Shown one piece after another: positions 51,221 to 60,433 of a DNA stretch of 64,000 nucleotides. Both the position numbers and the translations under genes were made by a program. Below the pieces are notes generated by a model, which was not told the origin of the DNA, made no database searches, and saw only the letters and a list, made by a program, of their open reading frames with translations. Origin of the DNA: a virus (lineage: Duplodnaviria > Caudoviricetes); IMG/VR virus record IMGVR_UViG_3300038974_000542, positions 20,004-84,003 of that record. One strand, 5' to 3'. The stretch's first letter is position 1. Each line of letters starts with the position of its first letter.

Positions 51221-51757
51221 TTATTTCATTGTATTTGAGAGACTTGTTCTATCTTCTTCTGAACTCCTAATCTCATAAACCCTCTCAAGCCATACTTCTA
51301 ACTCACTTGTCTTGGATGTACCTTGACCCATAAAGATAAAATTATGTGACTTCATGAGATACTGAGGACTCTTTAATGATCTAAAATACAAATTCACTGC
51401 ATCTTTTACGTCTTCTACTCTTACTTCAGGATTGTCTGCGAAGAATTTTCTGAATCTTGCTACACAAGTCTTCAAGTTTCCTGATCTCTCTGGATTAATC
51501 TTCTTGAAAGCATCCCTATATTCTTTAACCCATTCAAAATGTGTTATCATATCACTGAATAAAGGTATCTTCCATTCAATACCAGTATCTTTTGGTATAA
51601 TTATTCCAGAGATAAGAATTTGAGTCTTTAGAATATCAGGAATAAAAGTAGGTTTAAGCCCATAATGTAAAGATAGTAAATATGTAAGGCCATCATCAAC
51701 AGAGATACCATTCTCTTTTAAAATTTTGATTATTTCTTCATTCATACAAATATTCAT
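51221..51757 (-). CDS. Replication-module protein (possible helicase loader/initiator)
   Basis: Directly upstream of the helicase; helical domain RFRKFF...VKDAVNLY. Confidence 0.4.
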   Translation of the reverse strand: MNICMNEEIIKILKENGISVDDGLTYLLSLHYGLKPTFIPDILKTQILISGIIIPKDTGIEWKIPLFSDMITHFEWVKEYRDAFKKINPERSGNLKTCVARFRKFFADNPEVRVEDVKDAVNLYFRSLKSPQYLMKSHNFIFMGQGTSKTSELEVWLERVYEIRSSEEDRTSLSNTMK

Positions 51758-52877
51758 TAATCATTTTATAAGTTATTTTATTGCTATCCAGATTTTTAAT
51801 AGCATTTTCTAACCAAACTTCATCTTGAGTTCCTTTACAAACAAGAATAGTAATTCTTGCTTTATGATTTGGTCTAATTCTTAAAGTTCTTCCAAGTCTC
51901 TGTATAAGTTGAATTTCACTACTCTTAATCTGAACTACAAGAGCACCATCAAGATCAGGAATATTAACACCTTCATTTATAGCATCTACACAAGAAAGTT
52001 GATTAATCTCTCCTTTCTTGAACTTGATTAAGTCTGTGTCACTTGTCTTAGAATGATATCTGTATTCACATAATTCATTAGCTTGATCTATACTACCACA
52101 AAATATCAAATTCCTTTCTGAAGCATTTAAGACTTTTTCTTTTATGTACTTTGCTGCTATTAACTTAGATCTTAAATTATAAATTAAATGCATTCTCTTA
52201 AGAATAAGAAACTCTCTTTTTCTTTCATCTGTAGGACTTAGATAAGGAAGGTTCTTTAGCTCTTCTAATTTACTGGTAAGATAATCATAGTTCTTTTTTT
52301 CTGTAGTTTTAAAAGGTTTCTTTTTAGAACCAGCATCTATATATTTAAGAGAACTATTAAGTTGAGTGTATACTACTGTAATTTCATAGTCAGCAATAAT
52401 ACCTTTCTCAATAGCTTCATCTAAAGTTAATACATGTTTTGCTTTAAAGTTTAATTGTTCAAAAAGAGTAATCTTATTTAGCTTCTCAGGTTCTGTAGCT
52501 GTAAGAGCAATTACTTTGTCAAAAGTATTATCTATAAAAAATTCATAACTTAAATCTGTTATTCTATGAGCTTCATCCATAATAATTAAGTCAAAATGTT
52601 TACCTTTAATTTTAGATGCAGAAGCATAACATAGAGCTTCAGTATTATTCTCCCATAAATCTATAGCCCCCCATTTCTCAAATTCCTCCTTCCAGTTATT
52701 GTCTCTTAAGTCCTCTGTTGGAACTAATACTGCTATACTTTTTACGCCTTTCTTTCTGGCATATTCAATAGGTACTCTGGATTTACCAGAACCTGTTGCC
52801 ATAGATAATAGTATATTCCCTTCAGTTTCTAAGCATAATTTAAGAGCTTTTTTCTGTTCTTTATCTCTTGCTGTCAT
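51738..52877 (-). CDS. SF2 (DEAH) helicase
   Basis: Motifs ATGSGKS, DEAH, TAT, EGVNIP, QRLGR. Confidence 0.85.
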   Translation of the reverse strand: MTARDKEQKKALKLCLETEGNILLSMATGSGKSRVPIEYARKKGVKSIAVLVPTEDLRDNNWKEEFEKWGAIDLWENNTEALCYASASKIKGKHFDLIIMDEAHRITDLSYEFFIDNTFDKVIALTATEPEKLNKITLFEQLNFKAKHVLTLDEAIEKGIIADYEITVVYTQLNSSLKYIDAGSKKKPFKTTEKKNYDYLTSKLEELKNLPYLSPTDERKREFLILKRMHLIYNLRSKLIAAKYIKEKVLNASERNLIFCGSIDQANELCEYRYHSKTSDTDLIKFKKGEINQLSCVDAINEGVNIPDLDGALVVQIKSSEIQLIQRLGRTLRIRPNHKARITILVCKGTQDEVWLENAIKNLDSNKITYKMINEYLYE

Positions 52878-52926
52878 TTTTATAAATATCTTTTTGTTAG
52901 GGATTCTCTTGCTGAATATAGTATTA

Positions 52927-53331
52927 TTAATCTGTACTTAAAGAGCATGTGTAAGAATAAGCTAAATCACTATATCCTATAGTAATTATTACTATATTCT
53001 CCCCAGTTGTACTAACACTTATATCAAAGGATATATTCTTATATTCAGAATCAGTTGCTTTACACTCTACTTCATAATACCCATCCTTAAAATATTTTCT
53101 ATCTACGAGAAAATCTATTATTTGAGTTTCATTAGAATAAATAATACATCTTTGTCTTGATAGATCCAAAGTTATTGGGAAGTCTACAAGTTTACTATCT
53201 ACATTTTTATAAGCATCTACTATGACAATTCTCTTTGCTCTAAGTGTAAAGAAGTCTCTTTCTTGGGCTTCTATAAAAAGAGTCGTTACTCCAAGTAATA
53301 GAATTATTACCGATAAAATTTTAGTTTTCAT
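52927..53331 (-). CDS. Predicted exported protein (signal peptide)
   Basis: MKTKILSVIILLLGVTTLFIEAQ has a basic N-region, a hydrophobic core and an A/Q cleavage-like site. Confidence 0.55.
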   Translation of the reverse strand: MKTKILSVIILLLGVTTLFIEAQERDFFTLRAKRIVIVDAYKNVDSKLVDFPITLDLSRQRCIIYSNETQIIDFLVDRKYFKDGYYEVECKATDSEYKNISFDISVSTTGENIVIITIGYSDLAYSYTCSLSTD

Positions 53332-53365
53332 TTTATTTTTTTATTATGTTTCTTTTTTTATTTAT

Positions 53366-53815
53366 CTATCTATCAACTTCTATAATAGCATTAGGATATC
53401 TACAACAAGCATTCAATAGATTTTCTACAAATTCCATTAAAGTTTCATAACTACCCCACCCATTTTCAGGATTAAACTCTTTATATTTTTCTGGATCTGA
53501 TTTTAACCTATGTAATCCTTCTTGTAAAGGATCAATTAAATCCCTAGCTACAGCTATCCCAACTTCTTCAGGTTTCCATAGTACTTCATAAATCTTTGCT
53601 TCATAAGCCATATCAATAAGATTATGAGTTATATTACTTCCATATAGAATATTGTTACACTCTTCATAAAGATGTATATCTACATCAGGATACATTTCTT
53701 GAGCCTCTTTTAAAGTAAGCTCTACATTTTGACCATTCTTTCTTACAAAGATTCCAGTATGTTGTTCAGTAGCAACTTTTGAATCAGGATCTCTTAGTTT
53801 TATATCTAAACTCAT
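53366..53815 (-). CDS. Hypothetical phage protein
   Basis: Co-oriented ORF with NITHNL and FNPENGWGSYE segments. Confidence 0.6.
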   Translation of the reverse strand: MSLDIKLRDPDSKVATEQHTGIFVRKNGQNVELTLKEAQEMYPDVDIHLYEECNNILYGSNITHNLIDMAYEAKIYEVLWKPEEVGIAVARDLIDPLQEGLHRLKSDPEKYKEFNPENGWGSYETLMEFVENLLNACCRYPNAIIEVDR

Positions 53816-53858
53816 TTTTATTATCTTTCTTTTGATTATATTTTTTCATTTGAAATAA

Positions 53859-55799
53859 TCAGTGAATTTCTGAATATCTTAATCCAAAATCAATGCTTAC
53901 AGTTATAGGAACATTGAGCTTTAATTCTTGATTTACTTCTTCCATAGATTGAGTAATATATTGTCTATAGAGTTCTTTATCCTCTTTTTTAAGATAAGTA
54001 GCTACTTCATCATGATACTGAAGGATCATTTTAATCCCTTTCTTTCTCATATGAAATATCCATCTATCTTCTACGTATGAGCCTGTACCCTGGTTCAAAA
54101 CCGAAAAAATATCCTTTTCAACTCTTAAAGAATACCAGAACTTACTGATAGGATTAAATAACCAAAGTTGTCCATTAGCTCTCTTGGTAATTACATTAGC
54201 AGCAACTTGTTTTACAGCTTTATTTCTTTTCCAATAAGTAGAGTGTAGATTTTTAGCAAATTCAAGACTCTTCCCAAGAGATTTTGCAATCTTTGGTGGT
54301 CCAGCTCCATATACAGCACTAAAGTTGAGAGTCTTAGCAGCATATCTTATTTCTGAAAGAGATAAAAACTCTCCCTGTTCCTCTTCTGTTTTATCTCCCT
54401 TCTTTTTTAATTCTTTATATCTTTCTACTTCTTCTTTTGACATAAGCCCAGCTAATAGTGCAATATCAAGATGAGGATCAAATCCAGGAACACGCATTTG
54501 ATTTACATATTCAGGATCAAAGAAATACATATAATGCTGTTTTGTGGTATCCTCAAGAGCATGTACATCACTACCACAAATAAGATAATCTTCATTAGGG
54601 ACTTTAATAAGATCTCTAATTTCCTTTCCAAGATAAGTACCAACCTTAGGGAGATTGACTAGTGGTTTCCTATGCTGCATGCGTAAACTGTTGGTGAAGC
54701 CACCAATAGAAGCTACTGCTCTGTTTTCAGAGTCTATAGATCCTAAAAAAGATTCAAATATACCTTTTCTATGATTCATTAAAGCAAGATTCTCAAGATT
54801 CTCAAGATAAGGATAATCCTTATACATTGCTCTTATATTGCTACATATGTTTCCATCATCATCTGTAATCTGTGGTATATCAGAAACCTTCCCTGTAGTC
54901 TTACTCTTAACTTCTTTGTATATCGTAGGTTTCCAACCAAGAGAAAATAACCAGTCTTTGACTTGCTGTATAGAATTAGGATTTCCCCTTTCAATTTTCT
55001 CAAGCATTTTAAAACTCTGAATTTCTGAATTTAGATTATATTCTCTCATATACTGTAGCCACTTTTCTCCAGCTGCTGAAAGAGTCCCATCTTTTTTATA
55101 AAACTTCTCAGGTTTAGTGATAGTCTTATAAAATTTCTGTACTGGCATATGTTCAGATAACTCTGTAATCTTTTTCTCTATTTCTTCTTCAAGGTCCTTA
55201 AGAGTTTTTTCACAGAGTTCTCTATCTATATAACAAGGGTTTTCTTCTTGTTCTCTTGCACAGTCTAATTTAAAATTGAGGTAGTTTATAATTCTGAATA
55301 TCTGAGAATTCTCGCTCCCATATAGATTAACTAAGAATTCCATTTCATCTTTCCAAAGAAGACTATTTATAAGTACGTCAGTCTCACATCTATTAATGTA
55401 GTCTTTTATGTCCAAGTTCTTCCAGTCATTTATGACAGGTTTAGGTACATTATAATATTCCCCCCAAGATTCAAGGCCATGTTTCTTTCTAGGAACAAGG
55501 ATTTTATTCTTAATCTCAGTTGAATACAAATACCAAGAAAGACCAAGAGTATCAATAAGAAGCTTGTTTATTTCAATATTGAGTATCTTTTTTAACACAG
55601 GTATGTCATATCTGATAATATTATGACCTACTAGACATTGAGGTTCAGAAATAAAATTTTCTATCTCCTTATAATCTGTGATAGAACCTTTATTTACTAA
55701 CTGAAAATCTGAAGTAAAGTTTCTATAAGATAGACAATGTATTTTTGTAGCATCTTTTATTAAACCATCTGCTTCAATATCTAATACAGTATATATCAT
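53859..55799 (-). CDS. polA: Family A DNA polymerase with 3'-5' exonuclease (T7-like architecture)
   Basis: ExoI DIEADG, HNIIRYD; motif A GSDVHALE; motif B RYAAKTLNFSAVYG; motif C YHDE. Confidence 0.95.
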   Translation of the reverse strand: MIYTVLDIEADGLIKDATKIHCLSYRNFTSDFQLVNKGSITDYKEIENFISEPQCLVGHNIIRYDIPVLKKILNIEINKLLIDTLGLSWYLYSTEIKNKILVPRKKHGLESWGEYYNVPKPVINDWKNLDIKDYINRCETDVLINSLLWKDEMEFLVNLYGSENSQIFRIINYLNFKLDCAREQEENPCYIDRELCEKTLKDLEEEIEKKITELSEHMPVQKFYKTITKPEKFYKKDGTLSAAGEKWLQYMREYNLNSEIQSFKMLEKIERGNPNSIQQVKDWLFSLGWKPTIYKEVKSKTTGKVSDIPQITDDDGNICSNIRAMYKDYPYLENLENLALMNHRKGIFESFLGSIDSENRAVASIGGFTNSLRMQHRKPLVNLPKVGTYLGKEIRDLIKVPNEDYLICGSDVHALEDTTKQHYMYFFDPEYVNQMRVPGFDPHLDIALLAGLMSKEEVERYKELKKKGDKTEEEQGEFLSLSEIRYAAKTLNFSAVYGAGPPKIAKSLGKSLEFAKNLHSTYWKRNKAVKQVAANVITKRANGQLWLFNPISKFWYSLRVEKDIFSVLNQGTGSYVEDRWIFHMRKKGIKMILQYHDEVATYLKKEDKELYRQYITQSMEEVNQELKLNVPITVSIDFGLRYSEIH

Positions 55800-56086
55800 C
55801 TTTTTAACTTTATTTTCTTGATAATGATATTATTATACTTCATATCCCCTTTTTCAGAGCCTTCAAATATAAATTCAATAACTACATGAGAATTTATCTC
55901 AATACCCTCTCTTTGAAGTTCTTTGATATTAGAATTTCTAATCTCCATAAAAACAGTTTGACCATCTTCTGTCAGAATAGTTATCATAACTTTCAACAAA
56001 TCTGGTTTAGTTGTTCTCCTAATCTGAGTAATGGAACTTATGTCTTTTACATAACCTTCCATTATAAGTGCTTTTTTTTCTTCCAT
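55796..56086 (-). CDS. Small OB-fold protein (DUF3127-like SSB)
   Basis: Beta-rich 96 aa with EFIFEGSE and YNNII segments; adjacent to the polymerase. Confidence 0.5.
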   Translation of the reverse strand: MEEKKALIMEGYVKDISSITQIRRTTKPDLLKVMITILTEDGQTVFMEIRNSNIKELQREGIEINSHVVIEFIFEGSEKGDMKYNNIIIKKIKLKR

Positions 56087-56088
56087 AA

Positions 56089-57399
56089 TTATACCTTATA
56101 TAAAATTACTAATTCTTTTGCTCTTGTAATAGCCGTATAAAGAAGTTTGTTGTATTCATTGATATCTTTATTATATGATAAGTCTCTCATATTAATAATA
56201 ACTTGATTATAACTACTTCCTTGACTTTTGTGTACCGTAATAGCATGATTATATTTAATATCAGCATATCCTTCCATAAAATTATAAAAATCTTTCCATC
56301 TTAAAAGTCCTGCTTTAGCTTTCGAAGATAAATCCTTACATATTTCTTTGAAAAGTTTTTCCGAGTCTTCATGTATAATAGGAATTTCTCTATTAACTAT
56401 ATACATTTTTAATTTCTCGTATCTTTCAAGAAATTCTGGTTGGTCTATATTTTCAGCATTATGCTCAGGATTAATAATTTTATAGATACATAAATTTCTC
56501 TCTACTACTTCAAGAGTTATAACAGTAATTTCTTCATTAGTAAAAAACTTATCATAGGGGGTATTAAAAATTAATGACTCTCCTATTTCTACCTTTTTTG
56601 GGTTTCCATAGATTCTTCTTCTTACTTGAGAATTTATGTAATCTACCTCTTTGTTAGTCCATGCTAAGTATTTTAAATCATCTGTACCATTTATAGCAGC
56701 TAATGTTTCTATTACTTTGTCAGTATCATTAGAAAATATATATCCACCAATATTTTTTCTATTATCTTTTCTACTTTTTATAAGAGAAAAGTCTCTACTA
56801 AGATCTATAATAGGATTTCCTTCTCCTTGTCTGATAATTTCTGTAAGTTCAACTTTAGGATAACCAGCAGTAAATACAGGTGAGACTGGTTCACCAACTG
56901 GGGGTAGTTGAGCCTCATCTCCAATGAAAATTACTTTAATTTTTTCAGAATACTCCTCAATATATTTCAAAAGTTCAGTATTTAACATTGAAGCTTCATC
57001 AACTATAAGTATATTTACTCCTTGTAAAGGTTTTTCTCCATACTTGTCAGGTTTAAACTCCACTGTACCATTTCTCTCATTTATATATCTCTGAAGTCTT
57101 AAGGCAGAATGTGTAGTCTTAAAATCATTATATTTTCCAAATTCTTCTCCTATCTTTTCTTTTAAAACTTTCACAGCTTTATTTGTAGGTGCTGAACACA
57201 CTGATTTTAAATCAGAAGAATATCTTCTTTTATCCTCTCTTTCTTTTCTTTTAAGCTCTCTTAGAAGAAATTTCATCAATGTTGACTTTCCTGTTCCTGC
57301 CTTCCCCGTAATCAAAAGTCTATTACTTCTTGAAAGGACATCAAGACTTTGGTATAAAATTTCAGACTGGTGCTCAGTTAGTACTATTTCATTCATCAT
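56089..57399 (-). CDS. dda: Dda/RecD-like SF1B helicase
   Basis: Motifs GKAGTGKS, APTNKA, VDEASM, GDEAQLPPV, IIRQ, TVHKSQGS, YTAITRA. Confidence 0.85.
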   Translation of the reverse strand: MMNEIVLTEHQSEILYQSLDVLSRSNRLLITGKAGTGKSTLMKFLLRELKRKEREDKRRYSSDLKSVCSAPTNKAVKVLKEKIGEEFGKYNDFKTTHSALRLQRYINERNGTVEFKPDKYGEKPLQGVNILIVDEASMLNTELLKYIEEYSEKIKVIFIGDEAQLPPVGEPVSPVFTAGYPKVELTEIIRQGEGNPIIDLSRDFSLIKSRKDNRKNIGGYIFSNDTDKVIETLAAINGTDDLKYLAWTNKEVDYINSQVRRRIYGNPKKVEIGESLIFNTPYDKFFTNEEITVITLEVVERNLCIYKIINPEHNAENIDQPEFLERYEKLKMYIVNREIPIIHEDSEKLFKEICKDLSSKAKAGLLRWKDFYNFMEGYADIKYNHAITVHKSQGSSYNQVIINMRDLSYNKDINEYNKLLYTAITRAKELVILYKV

Positions 57400-57701
57400 T
57401 TCATTTCAGTAAGTTCATTAAAATGCTTTTTACACAAGTTTCCAAATATAGGATGATGATAATACATTTTGTTATTACAATCTCCTATTTCACATCTTTC
57501 AATAGCATTAAAGCCAAGTTTAATACTATTCTCTTTAGAGTGTTCATTAGTTAATGAGATTAATCTATTAATTTCATTAATCATATTAACTTCTTCTTCA
57601 GTAAGAACACTAGGATCTGGTTTTATTATTATACCTTTAACTCTCCATAAGATTTTACTTCTAATTAACCATTTGTTCTGTTTATCAGATAACTGTTTCA
57701 T
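57396..57701 (-). CDS. Hypothetical protein with C-terminal Cys/His cluster
   Basis: Motif CEIGDC...LCKKH. Confidence 0.55.
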   Translation of the reverse strand: MKQLSDKQNKWLIRSKILWRVKGIIIKPDPSVLTEEEVNMINEINRLISLTNEHSKENSIKLGFNAIERCEIGDCNNKMYYHHPIFGNLCKKHFNELTEMK

Positions 57702-57733
57702 AATATATTTATTTAATTATTAGTATCAATAAA

Positions 57734-57801
57734 AAGCTGTATAGATAGTAGTGCTCTACATTACAATCCTCGATAACCCATTAGGAAAAACTATACAGCT
57801 T
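57734..57801 (-). repeat. Long-range hairpin (11-bp perfect stem) upstream of the 57701 gene
   Basis: AAGCTGTATAG at 57734-57744 and CTATACAGCTT at 57791-57801. Confidence 0.6.
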
Positions 57802-58038
57802 AAAATATGAGAGGAATAGTCTTCTCACCTCTCTATGAGCATACCCACGGGCCTATATGTGTGTTCTTTGATACTTTTTTAGCCATCATATTAAGTATCT
57901 TTTGACTATCCTGGAATTTTACATCCTTTGTTAAGTACTATTATCTATATCTACTTTATCAACCCTAAGGAAATCCTTAGCACAACAATTCTTTGTTTAT
58001 AACTTTTATATTTTTTTTGTTTTTAGAATTATAATTTG

Positions 58039-58160
58039 TTAGGGACACGGGAATCGAACCCGTACCACATCAACCAAATTGAAGTAACTCTTACTATCAC
58101 TACAATATCTGAGAACAGGCATAAGAGCTAATATGTGTACTTCCGTTACACTAGTCCCTA
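58039..58160 (-). ncRNA. tRNA-like RNA with a Y-RNA-like module in the anticodon arm
   Basis: Acceptor TAGGGAC/GTCCCTA, D arm GTGT-AACGGAAGT-ACAC, T arm ACGGG-TTCGATT-CCCGT. The anticodon loop is replaced by about 54 nt containing both halves of the neighbouring repeat motif. Confidence 0.75.
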
Positions 58161-58163
58161 AAG

Positions 58164-58246
58164 AATAGGAAGAACATTATAAACAGTTTGTTTATCGAGA
58201 TAATTTACACATTTATTGATGAAACTGTTTAATACACTATCCTATT
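58164..58246 (-). ncRNA. Y-RNA-like hairpin unit 3
   Basis: Outer stem AATAGGA/TCCTATT; TAGTG...AAACAGTTTCATCA and AAACTGTTT...TGTTCT. Confidence 0.6.
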
Positions 58247-58254
58247 AAAAGTAT

Positions 58255-58331
58255 ACTTCCAAGAACACTAGAAATGGTATTTTAGTTTAGTAAAGATAAA
58301 TTGATGCAACCACTTCATACACTATGGAAGT
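58255..58331 (-). ncRNA. Y-RNA-like hairpin unit 2
   Basis: Outer stem ACTTCCA/TGGAAGT; TAGTG...GAAGTGGTTGCATCA and ACCATTTC...TGTTCT. Confidence 0.6.
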
Positions 58332-58388
58332 TAAGAATGACTCGAAGGCAGATCTTATGGTATGCACAACGAGTACTGTTGAAATTTT

Positions 58389-58464
58389 CTTCTAAGAACA
58401 ATTATAAGAGTTTCTATAAACCAGTTACTAAATAGTGAAGTAACTCTTATTATCACTATAGAAG
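58389..58464 (-). ncRNA. Y-RNA-like hairpin unit 1
   Basis: Outer stem CTTCTA/TAGAAG; TAGTGATAATAAGAGTTACTTCA and GAAACTCTTAT...TGTTCT; starts 12 nt after the Ro60 stop. Confidence 0.6.
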
Positions 58465-58476
58465 TAAAATTATTTC

Positions 58477-59874
58477 TTATTCTGATTGAAAAGTATTTTC
58501 TATACCTTCATAAGCTGCTATAAAAGTAAGAAAATGCTCTGACCATCCAGAAATTTCTGCTGTCCAAACACCTTTATAGTTTATACCTTTCGTATGTGCC
58601 GAAATATCACAAATATAATTATATTTACCAAAAGGTTTTGGGATATTTTTAGATGGAAGATCACAATCTTGTGAATCAGAAAAGATGATAATTCTATCAA
58701 AATCTGTTCCAAGAGTTTCTTTACACCATTCTAAGCATTGTCTAGTAAAAATCCCACCATATCCAAGATTACCTTGAGTAATTTGATCAAATACACCAAA
58801 TCCTTTCTTAGGATATTTAATTAAAGCATGTTTTCCTCGATAATCACTATCACTTCCAGCTGTGATGACCAGTTCATAATTCTCACATTGATTAATAGCT
58901 AGCATAGCCATAGCACAAGCTAAACTTAGCCTTGAAAAGTTAGAGCTTTCTGAAACTAAACTTTTCATACTTCCAGAAACATCTACAATAAAAAGAGTTT
59001 TTCCTGGAAGTTTAGGTAATTTAGAATAAGACGCAAGCATAGCATCTTCTATCTCTCTTGAAAATTCAAGATTAGTTATTGCTGCTTTTAAGAAATCAAG
59101 TGGTAAAAGCATAGAAGATTTTAGAGTAGATAGACCTTGATCTATTACCTTTTTATCCACCCCTGCTTCCTGCATATTTCTTAAATTTCTGAGCATAGCT
59201 AATCCACCAATTTTACCTTCTAAGATTAATCTTGTCCAAGTCTCTTTTTTATCTTTACCAGTAGACAAAGCAACTTCCCAAGTATCAGGAGTAGCTAATG
59301 TTCTATTGGCTACTCTTTTAAATAACTCCTCTTTTCCTTGTTCAGGTTTAGGATGAGTTAGAAACATTACATCCCTAAGTTTAATAGCAGCATTTCTATC
59401 ATACTTAGCGAATTGATACTCATTAAAATTATTAAAAGAAGCTGCTAAACCTTTCTTAAGTTGTGCAGATAGTTTCTTTTTACCATCTTTCCAATAGATA
59501 GCTAACATATCTGTAATCATATCAGCTCTTGTAATAATTTTAGGAAGGACTTTACTTACATATTTGGAGTGGTCTTTATACTTACACATCTCACTTACTA
59601 TAAGTAAAGGGGTATGTCTAAGTTTTTGAAATGTTCTAGCTTCAACAGCTAAATCAGCCACATCTTTAGGATCACAAAGAGGAATTAGTCTTTTAATTTC
59701 TTCAGATACTGATTCCCCATCCATGTAAGCAATATCTTCCCATAGAAGATTTGCTAAAACTGCTCTTCTAAGATGAGCAATATTAGATTGTTTAGCTGCA
59801 AGGTTTCCCTTGCCACCAGCCAATCTTTCCTCCTCAAACTTAGAGGTTTTAATTAGCGGATTAATTTTACTCAT
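58477..59874 (-). CDS. rsr: Ro60/Rsr-like TROVE-vWA RNA-binding protein
   Basis: TROVE motifs FAKYDR, TPDTWEV, GGLAMLRNLRN, and vWA MIDAS VDVSGSM plus IIIFSDSQ. Confidence 0.85.
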   Translation of the reverse strand: MSKINPLIKTSKFEEERLAGGKGNLAAKQSNIAHLRRAVLANLLWEDIAYMDGESVSEEIKRLIPLCDPKDVADLAVEARTFQKLRHTPLLIVSEMCKYKDHSKYVSKVLPKIITRADMITDMLAIYWKDGKKKLSAQLKKGLAASFNNFNEYQFAKYDRNAAIKLRDVMFLTHPKPEQGKEELFKRVANRTLATPDTWEVALSTGKDKKETWTRLILEGKIGGLAMLRNLRNMQEAGVDKKVIDQGLSTLKSSMLLPLDFLKAAITNLEFSREIEDAMLASYSKLPKLPGKTLFIVDVSGSMKSLVSESSNFSRLSLACAMAMLAINQCENYELVITAGSDSDYRGKHALIKYPKKGFGVFDQITQGNLGYGGIFTRQCLEWCKETLGTDFDRIIIFSDSQDCDLPSKNIPKPFGKYNYICDISAHTKGINYKGVWTAEISGWSEHFLTFIAAYEGIENTFQSE

Positions 59875-59956
59875 ATTTTTTTGATTTAAATAAGTTTAAA
59901 TATCATTGGTTATTCACTCCAGCCGCACAGTGTTACTTAAGTACATGTTTTAAGTA

Positions 59957-60160
59957 TTAATCCTCAATATTAAACCATCCTACAATACTTCCTATTCCTG
60001 TAAGGAATGAAGCTGTATATATTATTTCTCTTTTTCCAATTGGGTCCCAATCTGATTTTATTGCTTTTACTATACATTGAATTTCTCCAAGAACCATTAG
60101 CAATACTACAAACAATGTCAAATAACTTCCAAAACATCCATTATTCTTTTTCATAATCAC
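59957..60160 (-). CDS. Small membrane protein
   Basis: Two hydrophobic segments; start may be the second ATG. Confidence 0.55.
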   Translation of the reverse strand: MIMKKNNGCFGSYLTLFVVLLMVLGEIQCIVKAIKSDWDPIGKREIIYTASFLTGIGSIVGWFNIED

Positions 60161-60332
60161 TTCTTTTTAAAAATGGATAAACACTTCTATCATAAATAAC
60201 ATAACAAATATTATTTGGAAAATCAGATACAAATATTTTACAAGCTTCAAGCATACTTTCTGCTCTAATTATAACATATTTGTAGCTAATATCCTCTTCT
60301 GAATCCTTGTAAATAATGTAAAACTCTTTCAT
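60141..60332 (-). CDS. Small hypothetical protein, paralogue of 61484..61672
   Basis: Shares MKEFY..YK..E.DISYK...I.A.S...A...F....P......YD....PFLK with its paralogue. Confidence 0.7.
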   Translation of the reverse strand: MKEFYIIYKDSEEDISYKYVIIRAESMLEACKIFVSDFPNNICYVIYDRSVYPFLKRSDYEKE

Positions 60333-60360
60333 ATTGTTTATTTAAAAATTAATTTTAAAA

Positions 60361-60433
60361 AGAAAGCATAGTTAGAGCTAACTACATATTCTGATAATTC
60401 TTACTATCTAAAAAATCTCTAACTATACTTTCT
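60361..60433 (-). repeat. Long-range hairpin (17-bp stem, one G-U on the - strand) upstream of the 60332 gene
   Basis: On the - strand AGAAAGTATAGTTAGAG pairs with CTCTAACTATGCTTTCT around a 39-nt loop. Confidence 0.65.

Noticed and set aside
57833-57889. 18-codon ORF MMAKKVSKNTHIGPWVCS
   Set aside because: Too short and unsupported; overlaps a hairpin-rich non-coding stretch.
58039-58160. Ordinary tRNA gene or tRNA with a spliceable intron
   Set aside because: No 7-nt anticodon loop, the insert is far too short for a group I intron, and it matches the neighbouring repeat units.
58039-58464. CRISPR array reading of the repeats after Ro60
   Set aside because: Repeats are bipartite and covary rather than being identical, spacing is irregular, and no cas genes are present.
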